Origin: Octopus vulgaris
Lineage: Eukaryota
Direction: 5' to 3'
NCBI GenBank assembly: GCA_951406725.2
Contig: OX597817.1
Span: 64,480,001 to 64,544,000 of the forward strand
DNA: 64,000 bases
The position numbers and the translations under genes are program-made. A model generated the notes under the pieces. It was not told the DNA's origin, did no database searches, and saw only the letters and a program-made list of their open reading frames with translations. Shown here piece by piece: positions 48,995 to 62,770 of this stretch (position 1 is its first letter; every line of letters starts with the position of its first letter).

Positions 48995-49094
48995 CAGGCA
49001 AACTGTCTTGCCTGGTCTACAACACTCAGTTTTCTTTCTCTGGATGTATTTCTGCAGCAAATGGGTGTTTATCTATATATATATATATATATAT

Positions 49095-50070
49095 AGGAGC
49101 AAAGTTCAGAGAACTTCTACCTCTGTTGGTAACAAAGGGCTTCTCCCTCAGAGTGAAAGGCAGATTGCATGATGCCTGTGTGCAAACAGCCATGCTACAC
49201 AGTGGTGGTGAAACATGGGCTGTGACTGCCAAGGATATGCAAAAACTTGGAAGAAATGAAGCTAGTATGCTTCACTGGATGTGCAATGTCAGTGTACATG
49301 TATAACAGAGTGTAAGCATCTCGAGAGAAAAGTGAATATAAGAGACATCAGATATGGTACACAAGAGAGACGACTGTGCTGGTATGGTCATGTAATGTGT
49401 ATGGACAAGGACAGCTGTGCGAAGAAGTGCTGACCTCTAACTGTGGAGGGAACCTGGCAGAGGTAAACCCAGAAGGACATGAGACAAGGCGATGAAGCAT
49501 GACCTTTGAACATTGGGCCTCACAAAGGCAATGACAAGTGACCAACACCCTTGGCGATATGCTGTGCTTTAGAAGACTCGTGAAGCCAAATTAAAACTGC
49601 AGTTGTGGCCAGTGCCAATGTCATGTAACTGGCTCGCATACCGGTGGTACATAAATAATACCCTTCAAACATTGGGTGATATGCTGTGCTTAAGTAGACC
49701 CGTCAAACCAAGTGGAATCATAGTCGTGGCCAATGCCAGTGTCACATACCTGGTGTGTAAAATGCACCCTTTGAATTTTGGGCCTCACGGAGGCAGTGAC
49801 AAGTGGCTGAGACCTTTGGCAATATGCCATAGTTGTGAAGACCTGTCAAGCAAGTGAAATCAAAGTTGTGGCAATGCCAATGTTTCATAACTGATGCCTG
49901 TGCCGGTGGCATGTAAAAAGCACCCACTACACTCTTGGAGTGGTTGGCATTAAGAAAGGCATCAAGCTGTAGAAATCATGGCGAATAATTGAAACCTGGT
50001 GCAGCTTACCAGTTTTCAGTCAAACCATCCAACCCATGCCAGCATGGAAAACAGACTTTAAATAATGATG
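49095..50070 (+). mobile_element. 5'-truncated RTE-like LINE (ORF C-terminus plus repeated 3' UTR)
   Basis: AKFRELLPLL..KGFSLRVKGRLHDACVQTAMLH..ETW..RNEASMLHWMC, then three UTR subrepeats and the (GAT)n tail. Confidence 0.85.
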
Positions 50071-51645
50071 AGAAAGATAGATATACACACACACGTGTGT
50101 GTGTGTATATATATATATATATATGTGTGTGTATATATATATGCGTGCGTGTGTGTGTGTGCTTGAATGTTTACATGACATCTCTTCACATGAAACTATT
50201 TGAACAAAAAAAACAATGGCATTTTATTGACATTCCCTGTTAAATTATTCTGTAGCTCTACACCTTCAAAGGCAGGTGAAATAAAAAATTTACTTGAAAA
50301 ACAGGCAATGCATCTGGTTATAAGATAAAACCTATGTTAGCATTGGAAAAGTGAATCATAACACAAATCCAATTTTTGGTTGTACCTATAGCACTCTATT
50401 CCTTTGTAAAAGTGCAAATCTTATTACTCTCAGCTCATAAAATCAGTGCAGTTGGTGATCATTTCTGATTATGACAGTGAAAAACATTTATTTGAGAGCA
50501 TGGTTAGATATCTGTATGTATTCTAGTCTAGTTTGAGCCTAAAGTAAGAGAATGATAAATTAACTAGCTAAAAATAAATTGCCACTTCATGATTTAAATG
50601 AATAAGATGGGCATTCATCTGTAGAACATTTGCCACAATAGTTTTTATCTGAATATGTTACATGAATTTGACTTTAGTCACAGGCATGTGTGTCTAAGGT
50701 GTTTAACCATGGTTGTGTCCCACTGCACACACCTTGGACAAGTGTCTTTTACTATGGCCTCAAGCCAACTAATACCTGTGGGTGGATTTGCTAAACAGAA
50801 ACACACACATTCCAAATATTTGGAATAGGTGTCAGAACATCTAGTAATGTTAAGATCCATGCCATTATCACCAATTATCTCAATAAGACTTGCCATTGGA
50901 TCATGACTTTTATTCTAGTTACACATTGTAATACCTGGTAGAAATAGCGACCAAATCTCAAATTACACCTAATCTTTTTTAAAATATCCTCAAAATGCTT
51001 CCTACTATCTTACAAAAGGGAAGGGTACATTGAGCTAAGTGGATGCATTATCTGAAAAAAAAGATGAGATTGTCACAGTTTGCACATCTTTTATCATAAG
51101 TTTATTGAATCAGGCTAACTCGGGACTAAAACGTCTACTACTTCTGCTATGACAGTAATTAAAAGTTGAAGTTGATGTATTCTGAGATAAACCTCAATAG
51201 GCTTAGCAGAAGTTAGTTTTGTGTCAGTGGTAACAATGTAGAAAAATAGTTTTCAGACATACACTAGCACTGTTAGAAGAAAATCTCTTCTAAGCAGCTT
51301 ATCTTGTTTGGTACAACCAGCTCAGCCCTGACCAAAAGTATTTCTGCAATATCATCTTATCAATGTATTTATCCAGTTATTTATTGCAGATATAATGTAA
51401 CTAAGACAACATTATCCACTGTATCCATGTAGGACAGTAGGAATCGATTTGGGGGAGATTTTACTACTATTTCTCATTGGTTTAGTAACTATGTAGATGC
51501 TCTCTCATGTTTTTATTTTATATATATTTCTTATAGGGAGTGGGGGAGATTTATTAAAATACCAAACATTGGCAAAGATATATTGTTGTGTAATTAAGTT
51601 TGCTTCACAGTTATGTGGTTTTGGATTCAGTCTCACAAGGTAAAA

Positions 51646-51799
51646 CAGCTATAGGCAACTTGCAGCCCACAAGAATTTCAGAAAGGTACACCTAATGAAA
51701 AATTACCTTGAATTTTTTTTTTTTTTTAGTAGCATGGCCCATTTGATCATGATCTGTGTCCCATGCAGCCCACTTCTCAAAAAAGGTTGCCCATGCCTG
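51646..51799. mobile_element. hAT-type MITE inserted in a SINE head
   Basis: CAGCTATAGGCAAC / GTTGCCCATGCCTG; degenerate TSD aggtaaaa / atgtagaa; same family as 9585-9730. Confidence 0.7.
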
Positions 51800-51829
51800 A
51801 TGTAGAACCTTGAGGATGTGTTTTCTGCT

Positions 51830-52043
51830 GTAGTTAGTTAGTTAGTTAATTTGGCTCAAAAGCAAATAGCAAGGCCATGTAGGGGGACATGGAGTTAAGT
51901 ACAGGGTGGTGTTCATGTAAAGAGTTCAGGCCACTTGAGGTCCAGGGAGGCTTTGAACAAAGCGGTCGTCGGCATCTTCACCATCTCGTCTGGCAGCTTG
52001 TTCCACGGATCCGCAACCCGGACGGAGAAAGCTCCTCTCCTTC
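51830..52043 (-). mobile_element. Young 5'-truncated CR1-type LINE with a (TAAC)n tail
   Basis: The minus strand encodes RRGAFSVRVADPWNKLPDEMVKMPTTALFKASLDLKWPELFT*, a CR1 ORF2 C-terminus. CpGs are intact. Perfect 31-bp direct repeat at 51799-51829 and 52044-52074. Confidence 0.9.
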
Positions 52044-54459
52044 GATGTAGAACCTTGAGGATGTGTTTTCTGCTTGTTAGTGTATTTGGTGGATATTTAC
52101 ACTTTAGTGTTCAGATTAATCTGTCAAGTGAACAGCTATTTATTTACATTGTTTTAAATAAATCACATTATCTCTTAGCTTCAAGATTTTGATAAAGTAA
52201 TTTATTTTTTACTTGTTTCAGTCATTTTGACTTTGGCCATGCTTTTTGTTTTTAAGCCTAGTACTTTTTTTTTTGTCTCTTTTGCTAAACTGCTAAGTTA
52301 CAGGGGCATAAACACACCAACACTGGTTGTCAAGTGGTGATGGGGGCCAAACACACACATATACACTGGGCTTCTTTCAGTTTCTGTTTGCCAAATCCAC
52401 TCACAAACTCTTGCATTTATTGTTTATTTTTAAAAGGGTATTTTAGAGAGGTGTGATAGGCCAGATATGGCCAGTTTTGAACATAAAACAGGTTGAATAC
52501 TTGGGCTGGTTATGACCAGTTTAAATGCTAAAGTGTTATATTTACATCAGTATAGAACCTGCTAGTGTTATGTCTAGTAACTTGGCAGTTTGACACAAAA
52601 GAACTGGAGTTGGTAAGATTGACTAAACTCTTGAAGGTGATACCCCAGCATAACTGCAGTCTGTAAGCAATCAAAAAATAAAAGAATAATGTCATTAGGC
52701 CTACTCTATCTAATGACAATAAGGTGTGATAATTTGGAAGTTTGATGTCAAAGAGATTGAACAATTGCAAAAAAGTGTGTGTGGTGAGGGGGAGGTTATG
52801 TTTATGTTAATGTCTGAAATGATTAAAAAAATATCCATTTTTCTGAAAGTTACGATCATCCAAAGTCAGGGTGGGGCAGAAATCTGTAGTTATGCCTTTG
52901 AATCAAACACAAAAAAATTTCAGTTCAAGCAAATTTTTTCAACAATTTCTTCAAAATGATTTCAATATAAACTTTCAGAAAATATTTTTAAAAAAAACAA
53001 AAAATATTCCGTGAATCTTCTCAGCTGCAAAAAGCCTTTGTATCAATCTTGGAAGTTTTTCTTACCTTTTTGCTGAATTCACAAAACTGATGGGTGGGAA
53101 TAAAATGACCTGTTAATTTTCATCTCTGTTCATATATATACATGTGTGTGTATGTGCATTACCAGTACCATAAGTTTCTCTCTGTCTGCCTCTTTCTTTT
53201 CCTTCACTGACGCTACCCCTCACTGCTACTCCATTTCAACCATTCAATTCTTTCATTCCTCTCTGTTGCCAGAGAAAAGACTCAATACTCTTAGACACAC
53301 CTGCACACATAAATCTCTCTCCAGTTTATTTCTCCATAGGGAATTAAGATGACATTGCTTTCAGTACTGACCAGTTCTATTGTATATACACGCACACACA
53401 TATACGCGTTTGTAATTACGTACATATTTTCACATACCACTAAATCGAAGGAAATAATCTATTCCTTCTTTAGTGACATCAGATCTTATGAATAAGATGA
53501 AAATAACCTGTTGTCTCTAAAGTCTCCAAAATTTGATAAAATTGTCCGCAGAAGGGATGTAAAGAATATTTTTTAATAACTCATTTTCGAATTGCCCCCT
53601 TTCTCTATTGGTATACTATACATTGTGTACAAAAGGTATAAAAATTCAGCATAACCCTATGCATGCCTCACCAAAATATTACCATGCTCTACCGGTGGAG
53701 CATGCGCCCCACGTTGGGAATCACGGCTCTAGACTCAAGAATACAACTGAGAAAGGATATTTGCCAGAAGTTAGGATAACAACTAATGAGGTTCTTTTTG
53801 ATTAGCCTTTGGTAGCAGGCCCCATTATTGGGACATCAAGTTATTCCTTTTGTTCTTAGTTGTTTTTGTACAAGGGGTTTTTTGGGTGGGGTCATATAAT
53901 TGGTTCTGCAATAACCTTCACCACAGTTGTAATTTAGCTTTGTACTGTGTGCTCATCCTTCATCGTTGTGATGAATAAATTCTTATTATTGAGTGATAGG
54001 ACAGTGACACTGGGGTACAAATATACAAAACCCAATATACTCATGATGACTACCCGTCTGATAAGGGTACACCAGGCACATGCATCATAAACTTGAGGGT
54101 GGGGCCCAGTTAGAATTTTCTTCTGGTCGAGTAGCCCATCCCACTCAAAAGGTCCCTGAATAAGATTTAAGGACGATGAACAAAACACCTATGTTTCTAG
54201 AGGTGAATTATTCAAACCCCAAAGAGTTCCTCTCAATACATGGCTATGATACACCCCCACTACTTCTGCTCATGATCAGAGATGCACATATTGTCAGCCA
54301 CTAAGGGGCATGCTCAACTGGTTATGGTCAAACAACTGACAAGCAAATCTGTAATATTGAGCAGAATATTTGCTGTAGCCCATCTTTTATACCAGAACAA
54401 AACATGTACATTATAACACTTCCAATCAGTTAAGATCAGAAGCCATGTGAGCCACTGCA

Positions 54460-54665
54460 TAGTGAGCTGGCAGAATTGTTTGGCACACTGAACAAAATGT
54501 TTAGCAGCATTTCTTCTGGCTTTACATTCTGAGTTCAAATTCCACCTCAGTTGACTATGCCTTACATCCTTTCAGGGTAGATAAAATTAGTGCCAGTCAA
54601 GAACTGGGGTCAGTGTAATCAACTAGTTTGCTCTACCAAAATTTCAAGCCTTATAGTAAAAAGTA
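54460..54665 (+). mobile_element. SINE of the abundant gagctggcagaat... family (also ~700-860, 29265-29430, 30720-30870, 31590-31820, 43005-43130, 47005-47210, 55640-55820, 57530-57670)
   Basis: Recurrent gagctggcagaa..gttagca...ttctgagttcaaattcc.cc...gttgact.tgcctttcatcctttc.ggg..gataaaataagtaccag. Confidence 0.75.
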
Positions 54666-57003
54666 TTATCATCATTAACCAGGTAGATGTTGTGGAGGTT
54701 GTTAGCGAATTAGAAAAACGCCATATGGTATTTAAATAGGAAATGTGAGTTCATTTCCTTCCAGCCTATAAAATAAATGTCAGTTGAATACTGGTATTCA
54801 TGTAATCATCTGACTCCTTCCCATAAATTTCTGGCTTTTGTACCTATATGAGAAATTACCACGTTAAACGATGATGATGATGATTATTATTATTATTACT
54901 ATTTTCAGCTTCGCCTCGTATTGCATATTATTTCTCCATACAGGGGTTTTTTTGTTTTTTTTTCAATGGCGGCCCATTTTCGCGGGGTTCCACTATTCCC
55001 TTCTCTCTCTCCCTCTTTTACGTTGTCTGCCATCCCCCCTCTTCCTTTCCCCCCTTCCAAAGAGCATTTTTAAGCCAGCCCGTCAGTTCAACCTTCGCAT
55101 ATTCCTGGTGCACCCGCCCTTGCCCACCCCCACCACCAATACCGGATATCTCTATATTTTTGCTCCATCTATACCGGATGTCGCTTCTCCCACCACCATT
55201 ATAGGTGTCTACTTTTCGAACCCCCCTCTTCAACACGCTATTTCACCATGCATTACCCCTCTCTTGATATCCTACGTTCTACTTGCCTAGAACCTGTCAT
55301 CATTTCTCTGAACCACCCCTCCCCACTGGTGCTCCCCTATATATTTCTGCACCACCACCCACATAAAAAGCACCATCCGAACGTGGCCGATGCCAGACCC
55401 CTCTGGCACCTGTGCAGGTGGCACGTAAAAAACACCCACTACACTCGCGGAGTGGTTGGCGTTAGGAAGGGCATCCAGCTGTAGAAACACTGCCAGACTA
55501 GACTGGAGCCTGGAGCAGTCCCTAGCTCCCCAGACCCCGGTCGAAACCGTCCAACCCGTGCTAGCGCGGAAAACGGACGTTAAACGATGATGATGATGAT
55601 GATGATGATCATTATTATCATTATTATTATATAAGGCATCAAACTGGAAATTATTAGCATACTGGGTAACATGCTTAGCGGCATTTCTGCATAGATGAAT
55701 TTTGCCTGTCATCCTTTCAGGTTGATAAAATAAGTACCAGTTGAGCACTGGGGTTGATGTAATTGACTTACTCCATCCCCAAAAATTGCTGGCCTCATGC
55801 CAAAATTTCAAACCTAGCAGAATCTTCAAAGCATCAAAGAAAAACTGCCTTTGTGATATTTCTTCCAGCTTTTTGCATTCCAGTTTCAAACATCTCAGCT
55901 TTGTCTGTATCCTTTCTTTCCGAGAATCTGTGGATTTCAACTCAGCAGGGTTGATAGAGTCTGATAAAATATCTTGCAATATTTAGTTATGTCTGAGTTC
56001 AAATCAGGCCAAGGTTGGCAGTAACCATTAAGTCCAGCCCTTCCTTTTAAAATTGCTGGACTTCTACCTAAATTAGAAACCATTACTATCACTACTAGTG
56101 CCAGATTTTCATGCCTAGCTCAAATGTGCTCTACATTTTATGTTGGTTAACATTACACATCCAATAGATCCTGTTTACACCATTATGTTGTTTGCTTTTA
56201 ATGTTACTACCATGAAAACTTCTAAAATAAACAAGCTAGGTGGCAAAAGCAATGCAACTTGCTCAAACTATTGCAGTTTATTCTACATCACAGCAATGAA
56301 TAACATTTTTTTTCCTTTATGTTGGTGCAGACATGACTGTGTGGTTAAGAAGCTCACTTTGCAACCGTGTGGTTTTAGGCAAGTGTCTTCTACTGTAGCC
56401 CTAGGCCTACAAATGCCTTGTGAGTGTATTTGATAAACAGAAATCGTGGAAAAACCCATTGTATGTGTGTGTGAATGTGTGGCATGTCTACTGGAAGCTC
56501 TGTTTACAAACAATTTTTCAAACATAAAATGTCTTGGGTGATAAACAGTGTCTTAAAATAATGAACATACAAGTCAGCAACAACTGTTAGTGACAAGGTG
56601 AGGGTATCAACAGGAGAGCATCAGTGCACATCCCTGCTCGAATTCACCATGCCTCCTCATGAATTTTCTATGGGAAAAATAGTTTTGGTTTACAAACATT
56701 TCAGGTGACAAATGACCTTCAGGAACAAATTGTGTGGGTGGGTAGACATGGTATGTAATGTAATAGTCACTTTATCATGTTACTCTCACTCCAGCTCGGC
56801 TACCTACTCATTCACCTTTTCTGTTTATCCTATTTTGTCTTTCAAGTTCACCTTGTACCTTGACTTCACATATCTCTCCCCTACCTCCCATCCCCAGATG
56901 GGCAAGGTTTGTATTCACTTCTTCAGCAAGATACCTGCTCTTGTTCCACTGTCTTTGAGACATAATTCACCTTGGAAAATCCACTACTGAATGTATAAGT
57001 CAA

Positions 57004-57508
57004 CTAGCAGTATCGCCCGGTGTTGCTCGGGTTTGTAAGGGAAATAACTATATAAGCATTTTTAGTGAGTCATAGCAAAAAAATGCATTAAAAATGGAAT
57101 AAAAAATGATGGTAATTTTGGTGTCTTCAAGCCATGAAGTCGTTGTTCTAAAAGAACGCTGGTCTCCTTGACAACGCTTTACGACGTTGATTTCCTTACA
57201 CTCCCTTCCCCACAGCTTCACGAGGGAGGGAAGAAGGGGGAGAAGCAAACAGGTGTGAGCGTGGACGCCAACTCCGCCGCCATCGACACACGAAAAAATA
57301 TGCATTAAAATGGAATAAAAAATTGTTAAATTATTTTTAAAATCATAGACTCATCGTAGATGCGCGCTAATACCCAGACGGGCTCGATATGAATCACGAC
57401 TATAAGATACCCTGTTTTGGTTAAACTGCACCGCAAAATATGGGAGTAGTTAGGAATCTAAATCGAAGGGGACAGACACTCACACAACTACAGTTTTATA
57501 TATATAGA
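57004..57508 (-). mobile_element. Complete non-autonomous Helitron (505 bp)
   Basis: Minus 5' a|TCTATATATATAAAAC at 57508; 3' hairpin cccgagcaacaccggg plus CTAG|t at 57007-57004. CpG-rich, so relatively young. Confidence 0.9.
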
Positions 57509-60125
57509 TATCATATCATTGATTAAGGCAATGAGCTGGCAAAATGGTTAGCAGTCTTTCATCAGTCTTCACATTTTCAGTTCAAATTCTGCCATGATCA
57601 ACTTTGCCTTTCATCCTTTCACAGTTGATAAAATAAGTACCAAAATTGTTGGCCTTGTGCCAAAATTTGAAATCAGTATTATACTGCTGTTTCAGTTCAT
57701 CCTTCTAGTTAGTTAACTTAGCCTGTCATCTTTCTAAGGTCATCAAAATAAGTAGAATACAGAAGTAAATTCCCTAGAATGGTGGTTCTCAAACAGTATG
57801 CTAGAGTGCAGTGGTACATCAAAAAGCTATCTAGGTGTACTCTGGAATTTAAAAAGGTTTAGAAATTCCAGTCTAATGCTTGAGTGTCTTGAAAACCACA
57901 TTATTGTTAATTTTGCTGTCATATAACTTATATAGCATTATAAGCGATAGTTTTCAACATTTCTTCATAAAACTTAAACTTTAATAACAGTTTGTTTCTT
58001 TAACTTTCCATGTAAAGTGTGCTAGTAAATTTTTTTTGTCTTGATAGTTTGATCTCCAGTGTGCCACTAGAACCAGTGTTAATCATCAGACTAACATACT
58101 GCTTGTGTTCCTAAGGCTGTCTTGAAAGCTTTATTTTCTCAGAAAAAAAATTTCTTTAACATTTTACAAAGTGTCAAACGAGAATAATTAATTTCAGTGT
58201 GTGTGTGTGTGTGTGTGATATACACTTGCATGTGTGAGTTGTCCATATGTATATATGATATTTGTACACACAGCTTTATTTACATTTAGACAAATACTAT
58301 CATTGACACATAAAATATAATATGTAGTGTGTGTGCTTATGATAAACTTGTATGGTCACTGGCTATTTCTGTCCTGCTGTAGTTACTTGCTTGTTTATCA
58401 ATCAGTTACTTGGAAACTAATGAAAAGAAGAGAAAATAATTCACCAGTCAACAAAACTAAAGAAAAATATGTTGCACATAGTTGGTATACTCAGGAAGTA
58501 AATATCTCTTTCTGTGTAACTTTTCTTGTTTAATCCCAGGTCAGTACTTAACAAGCAAAGTTATCAAAGGCATTCAAACCATAGTAATTCTGATTTATTT
58601 TCAAGAATAACTTACTTTGGTATTTACTATCCTTGATTGTGTTCTTTGAAGGAGATTTTGCTCCTGTTTATTAATAGCAGGTCTAGCAATTATGTAGAGG
58701 TTCTGTCTTGATGGCTTCTGCATGACACTTTTGGCACATAAGCTTATCTTTATTGGCTCTGGGAGAGGAGGGGAGATTTTGAAGTTGTACTATTCATACT
58801 TTTCTCAAGGTAGAAGCAGCAATGGTATTAGCATTGTAATTTAAGTGATAACTTCACATTCTTGAAATCAAAACTGGCTTCTAAACTTTGTTTCCAATAT
58901 AATCTTGAGGCATGGTATATTTTTGGTGGAGAGGCTTGAAGTATGAAACCCAAGTGTTTATGCCTATCCAAAGAGTATTAACTAATGTAATTGAAATGAA
59001 ATGGCCTTAACTACTCCTAAAATGACCAACAATCAAAACCAGATTGTGAGGACCTCTGAAATCAAAAATGTGCACCGATCTGTTAGAAGGAAACGTCTGT
59101 GTGTAGTAACTCAACCTGCTGAAGATAACAGCCAAATCTTCCTTAAATCACACTCATCTTGGGAAAGACAGCCTTAATTAGCCCTAAAAAGACAGGCTCA
59201 ACTTGGGCACAGTGCTTTTGATCATGCGTCTGCTCAATCAGAATTGACCTGCAGCTAACACCTGGCTAAATGAATGTTTTGTTAAAAAAGTAATGGATCT
59301 TCTTGATCAAGGCTGATGACCAAAGTTCATAGACTTGGCCCACTGATTGCTTGCTTCTGATCTCATGCCAGATACAAACACTCATTATAGTTATATCTAA
59401 GTTTGTTGTAGGTCAATATTATCAGTAGCATCTAAATGGCAAACAGTGGTATAATTTTTTTTTAATTCCTATGATGTTCAATGAAGATAAACAAAACTTA
59501 ACAATTCTAATAAGTAGGGGAGATAATTTGAATAAATTAATATTTCTTAATGAATGGTTAATGATTTTTTGTTTTGAAGTCTAGTTGTCCCTTGCTTTTT
59601 TAATGAAATTCAGATAGTCATTTTTTTCCAGCATGATAATTCATTAAGAAATATTTTTAATTCTTTTTTGAAATTATCTCCCCAACATTCAGAGTTGCTC
59701 ACAATCACCACTAGGTTTTTATTTACTTCCTCTGTCTGCAAAGGCACTTTAAAAGAAATTAGAAATTTATCATGTACAACATTCAATACACTCCCCTTCA
59801 AAATTCATGTCACAGACCCATTTTGAGTTATTTTCTCTTAATTTGTTTTCTACATGTGTGTGTGTGTGTGTGCACATGCACCAAATATTTCCTTGTTCTA
59901 ATCACCATCTTAACATAGATAATTTTACCACAGTCTTCATTATTTTCTGAATCAATTGAAACAAAAACAACGTATTTTAACAGAAATATGGTAACAAAAG
60001 GATTAAAAATTGATGTCTGTTCATTACCTTGAAAAAAATTGCTTAATCAGTTTGTGTGTTAAATTGTTTTTTAACTCAGCCACATGTAATTCAGAGACTT
60101 GTCTTTTTTTGTCTTTTACTTTTAG

Positions 60126-60228
60126 GTGCATCGTTGGCGATGTGGTGCCAGTATTTGGTGGTCTTCTGTCATAGCAATCATGGTCTCACTAGCTTATATT
60201 GTTATAACATATTTTCTTCAGCTGTCAG
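60126..60228 (+). CDS. NDC1: Probable NDC1 coding exon 2 (VHRWRCGASIWWSSVIAIMVSLAYIVITYFLQLS, phase-1 end)
   Basis: Strong polypyrimidine acceptor (ttttgtcttttacttttag|GTG) and donor CAG|gtaatt; 103 nt. WRxxASIxWS followed by a transmembrane-like stretch resembles the NDC1 N-terminus (human VLGWRIVASIVWS, recalled). The rest of the gene is outside the window. Confidence 0.75.
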
Positions 60229-61589
60229 GTAATTTTTTTTTATTTTTTTTATTTACTTTTTTTTGTGGGTTTTCACAATTATTGATACAATGGCTGAACT
60301 GGTGTGGTCATGTGTTGGGAATTTGTATTTGGAGTGGGGTGGGATAGGATTTCATTTCAGGATATTTAAACTTAAATACATTTATTGCTAATTTGTGACT
60401 CTCTCACAAGAAACAAAATATCAACATAATTGAAAGCTTGGACAAACTCTAAAGTTTATCTATGTTTGGACAACACTACTGCATACAAGCATAATATTTG
60501 GTTGTGTGGTTAAGGAGTTTACCTCCCAGTCACATGATTTCATGTTCAGTTCTACTGTGTCTAACTTTGGGCAAGTCTTTTTTTACTATATACTTGATCC
60601 AACCAAAACTTTGTGAGTGGGTTTGGTAAACAGAAACTGTAAAAATGTATGTCAATGATCAGGGAACTTTTTGAACCAATTAACCCAAAATATATTTATT
60701 AACACCAACGTTACCCCCTTAATTTGAAAGGGAGAAAATCATACCTTCTTTGAATTCAAAACGTTTATTGAAGGAACTCGTTTTTTATATAATTTTACTT
60801 ATGTCTAATGAATCCTCATTACCCACAAGAATTTAATTTTCACTCCACTTGGGGTAATTTACCCCAGTTTGTCGACCCCTGATGTATGTGTATGTATATT
60901 TGTGTCTCCATGGTTTGACATTTGATAGTTGTAAACAAGCATCATCATTACTATACAAGTATTGTTTATTTCCAATCTTCTGAACACAAGGAAAAATACC
61001 TTGCTTAGACATTGGTTAGGGTTGGCAACAGGAAGGGCATCTGACTATTGAAAATCTACCACAACAAATTCCATCCAACCCATGCAGATATGGAAAGGTG
61101 GATGTTAAAACAGTAATAGCAGAATATTTGGCCTTTGAATTATGCACACAACCACACACTGAGGCAGTCAAGACTTTTGATTGTTGTGTTCTTCACACTT
61201 TCAAAAGGTCTGCAGAGTACAAAATACGAACTGGCAAATCTTGAGGACTGCTTGTATACACACACAAAAGTATATCATTCAACATACATAAAACATGTTG
61301 AGAAAAAATTATATATCTGTGTGTGTGCATGTGTTAGAAGTTTGTTTGCATCAAACTTACCCCTTGTCTTTAAAAGAGCTGGAGAAGAAATAAACCAATA
61401 ACGTTTTTTTTTTGTACCTAGAATTTAGGCATTACAGGGTTAATCCCACCTCTCTCTTTTCACATATTTATATGCAGGATTGCAAGTTATTAACTTTGCC
61501 AGATCTGAGAAAGTTATTTGCCTAAGACTGGTGAGTTATCTAAGGAGAGGTTTTTCTCTTATCTACTGTTCATTACAGAATGCACGGCA

Positions 61590-62770
61590 TTAAGTCCTCC
61601 CATAAATAATGCAGTTTTTTCAATTGCATGAACTAAAAAGTCAGAGGGGGACGGAATAAACTATCTGCATCAACTTGCTATAAAAGTAGGTAGTTTGATT
61701 TTAAGTTGTTTTTTTTTCCAAAGCTATTGTGGAAGTGACAAAATAGCATATTCAGCATATTTTGCTTTATAAAGGCAACGGCGCAAAAAATATTAATGTA
61801 GTATATGGGGATTGTACAATAACCATGAACCAGTGTCAATGGTGGTTCCAGAAACTACAACTTAGAAGATGAGCTTCATCCTGGAAGATCTGTTGAGCTC
61901 AACGAGGACATCATGCAAACCCTGGTGGAACAAAATCCATCATAACTGTTGAGGAACTAGCAGAGAAGCTTGGTCATTCAGTCATTTGTTGACACCTGTG
62001 TGCCATCAGAAAAGTCAGCAAATTGGGTCAGTGGGTTCCTCACAGTGGTTTCCGAGTCTAATCGCGTGCAGAGAGTGAATGTGTACTCTTCTTTGCTGTT
62101 ACATTTCATGAATGAACCTTTTTTGGACCGAATAGGGACTGGTGATGAGAAATGGATTCTCTATAAAGATGTCAAGCAATGTAGGGAAAGGAGAAACACT
62201 AACACCTCAGGCTAAATAAGGTCTTCACCCAGATATGGTGTTATCTGTTTGGTGGGATATGAAAGGTTTAGTCCACTTTGAACCTTTAAACCCAAACCAA
62301 ATGATAACAAAGGAAATCTACTGTGAGCAGCTTGAACAATTTAAGTCAGCGGTAGAAGAAAACCATCCATCTTTGGTTTCAAGACAAAATGTTTTCTTCC
62401 ATCAGGATAATGCTTAGCCACATACAACGAGGATGACATTCCAAAGGCTGGAGCAGTTTGAATGTGAAACAATGCCCAATCCACCATATTCGCCAGACAT
62501 TGCCCCATCTGGTTATCATTTATTCTGCAATCTTCAAAATCATTTGGACAGAAATATATGAATTCTGTTGACATGGTCAGAACAGTACTGGAGGAGTATT
62601 TTTCGTCGCGGACAAGTGAATTGAGGAAGAGGGGTCTTGCAAGTCTACCAGATAAATGGAAGAGCATTGTAGAAAATGGAGAGTATATTTTAGATTAAAA
62701 AAGAACTTTTTTATCTTAATTTTGAAAAATAAAAGTATAAAAAAACCGCATTATTTATGGGATGACCCAG
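61590..62770 (+). mobile_element. Mariner (DD34D) transposon, near full length, inactivated
   Basis: TIRs gtcctcccataaataatgcag / ccgcattatttatgggatgac followed by TA. Motifs WVPH, FLDRIGTGDEKWILY, VWWD, HQDNA*PH and YSPDIAPSGYHLF (third Asp changed to Gly). Stops and frameshifts. Confidence 0.93.

Noticed and set aside
55287-55979. 230-aa minus-strand ORF with a poly-His run
   Set aside because: It reads through SINE and LINE-tail repeats; the His and Asn runs come from (GAT)n and (ATT)n microsatellites.
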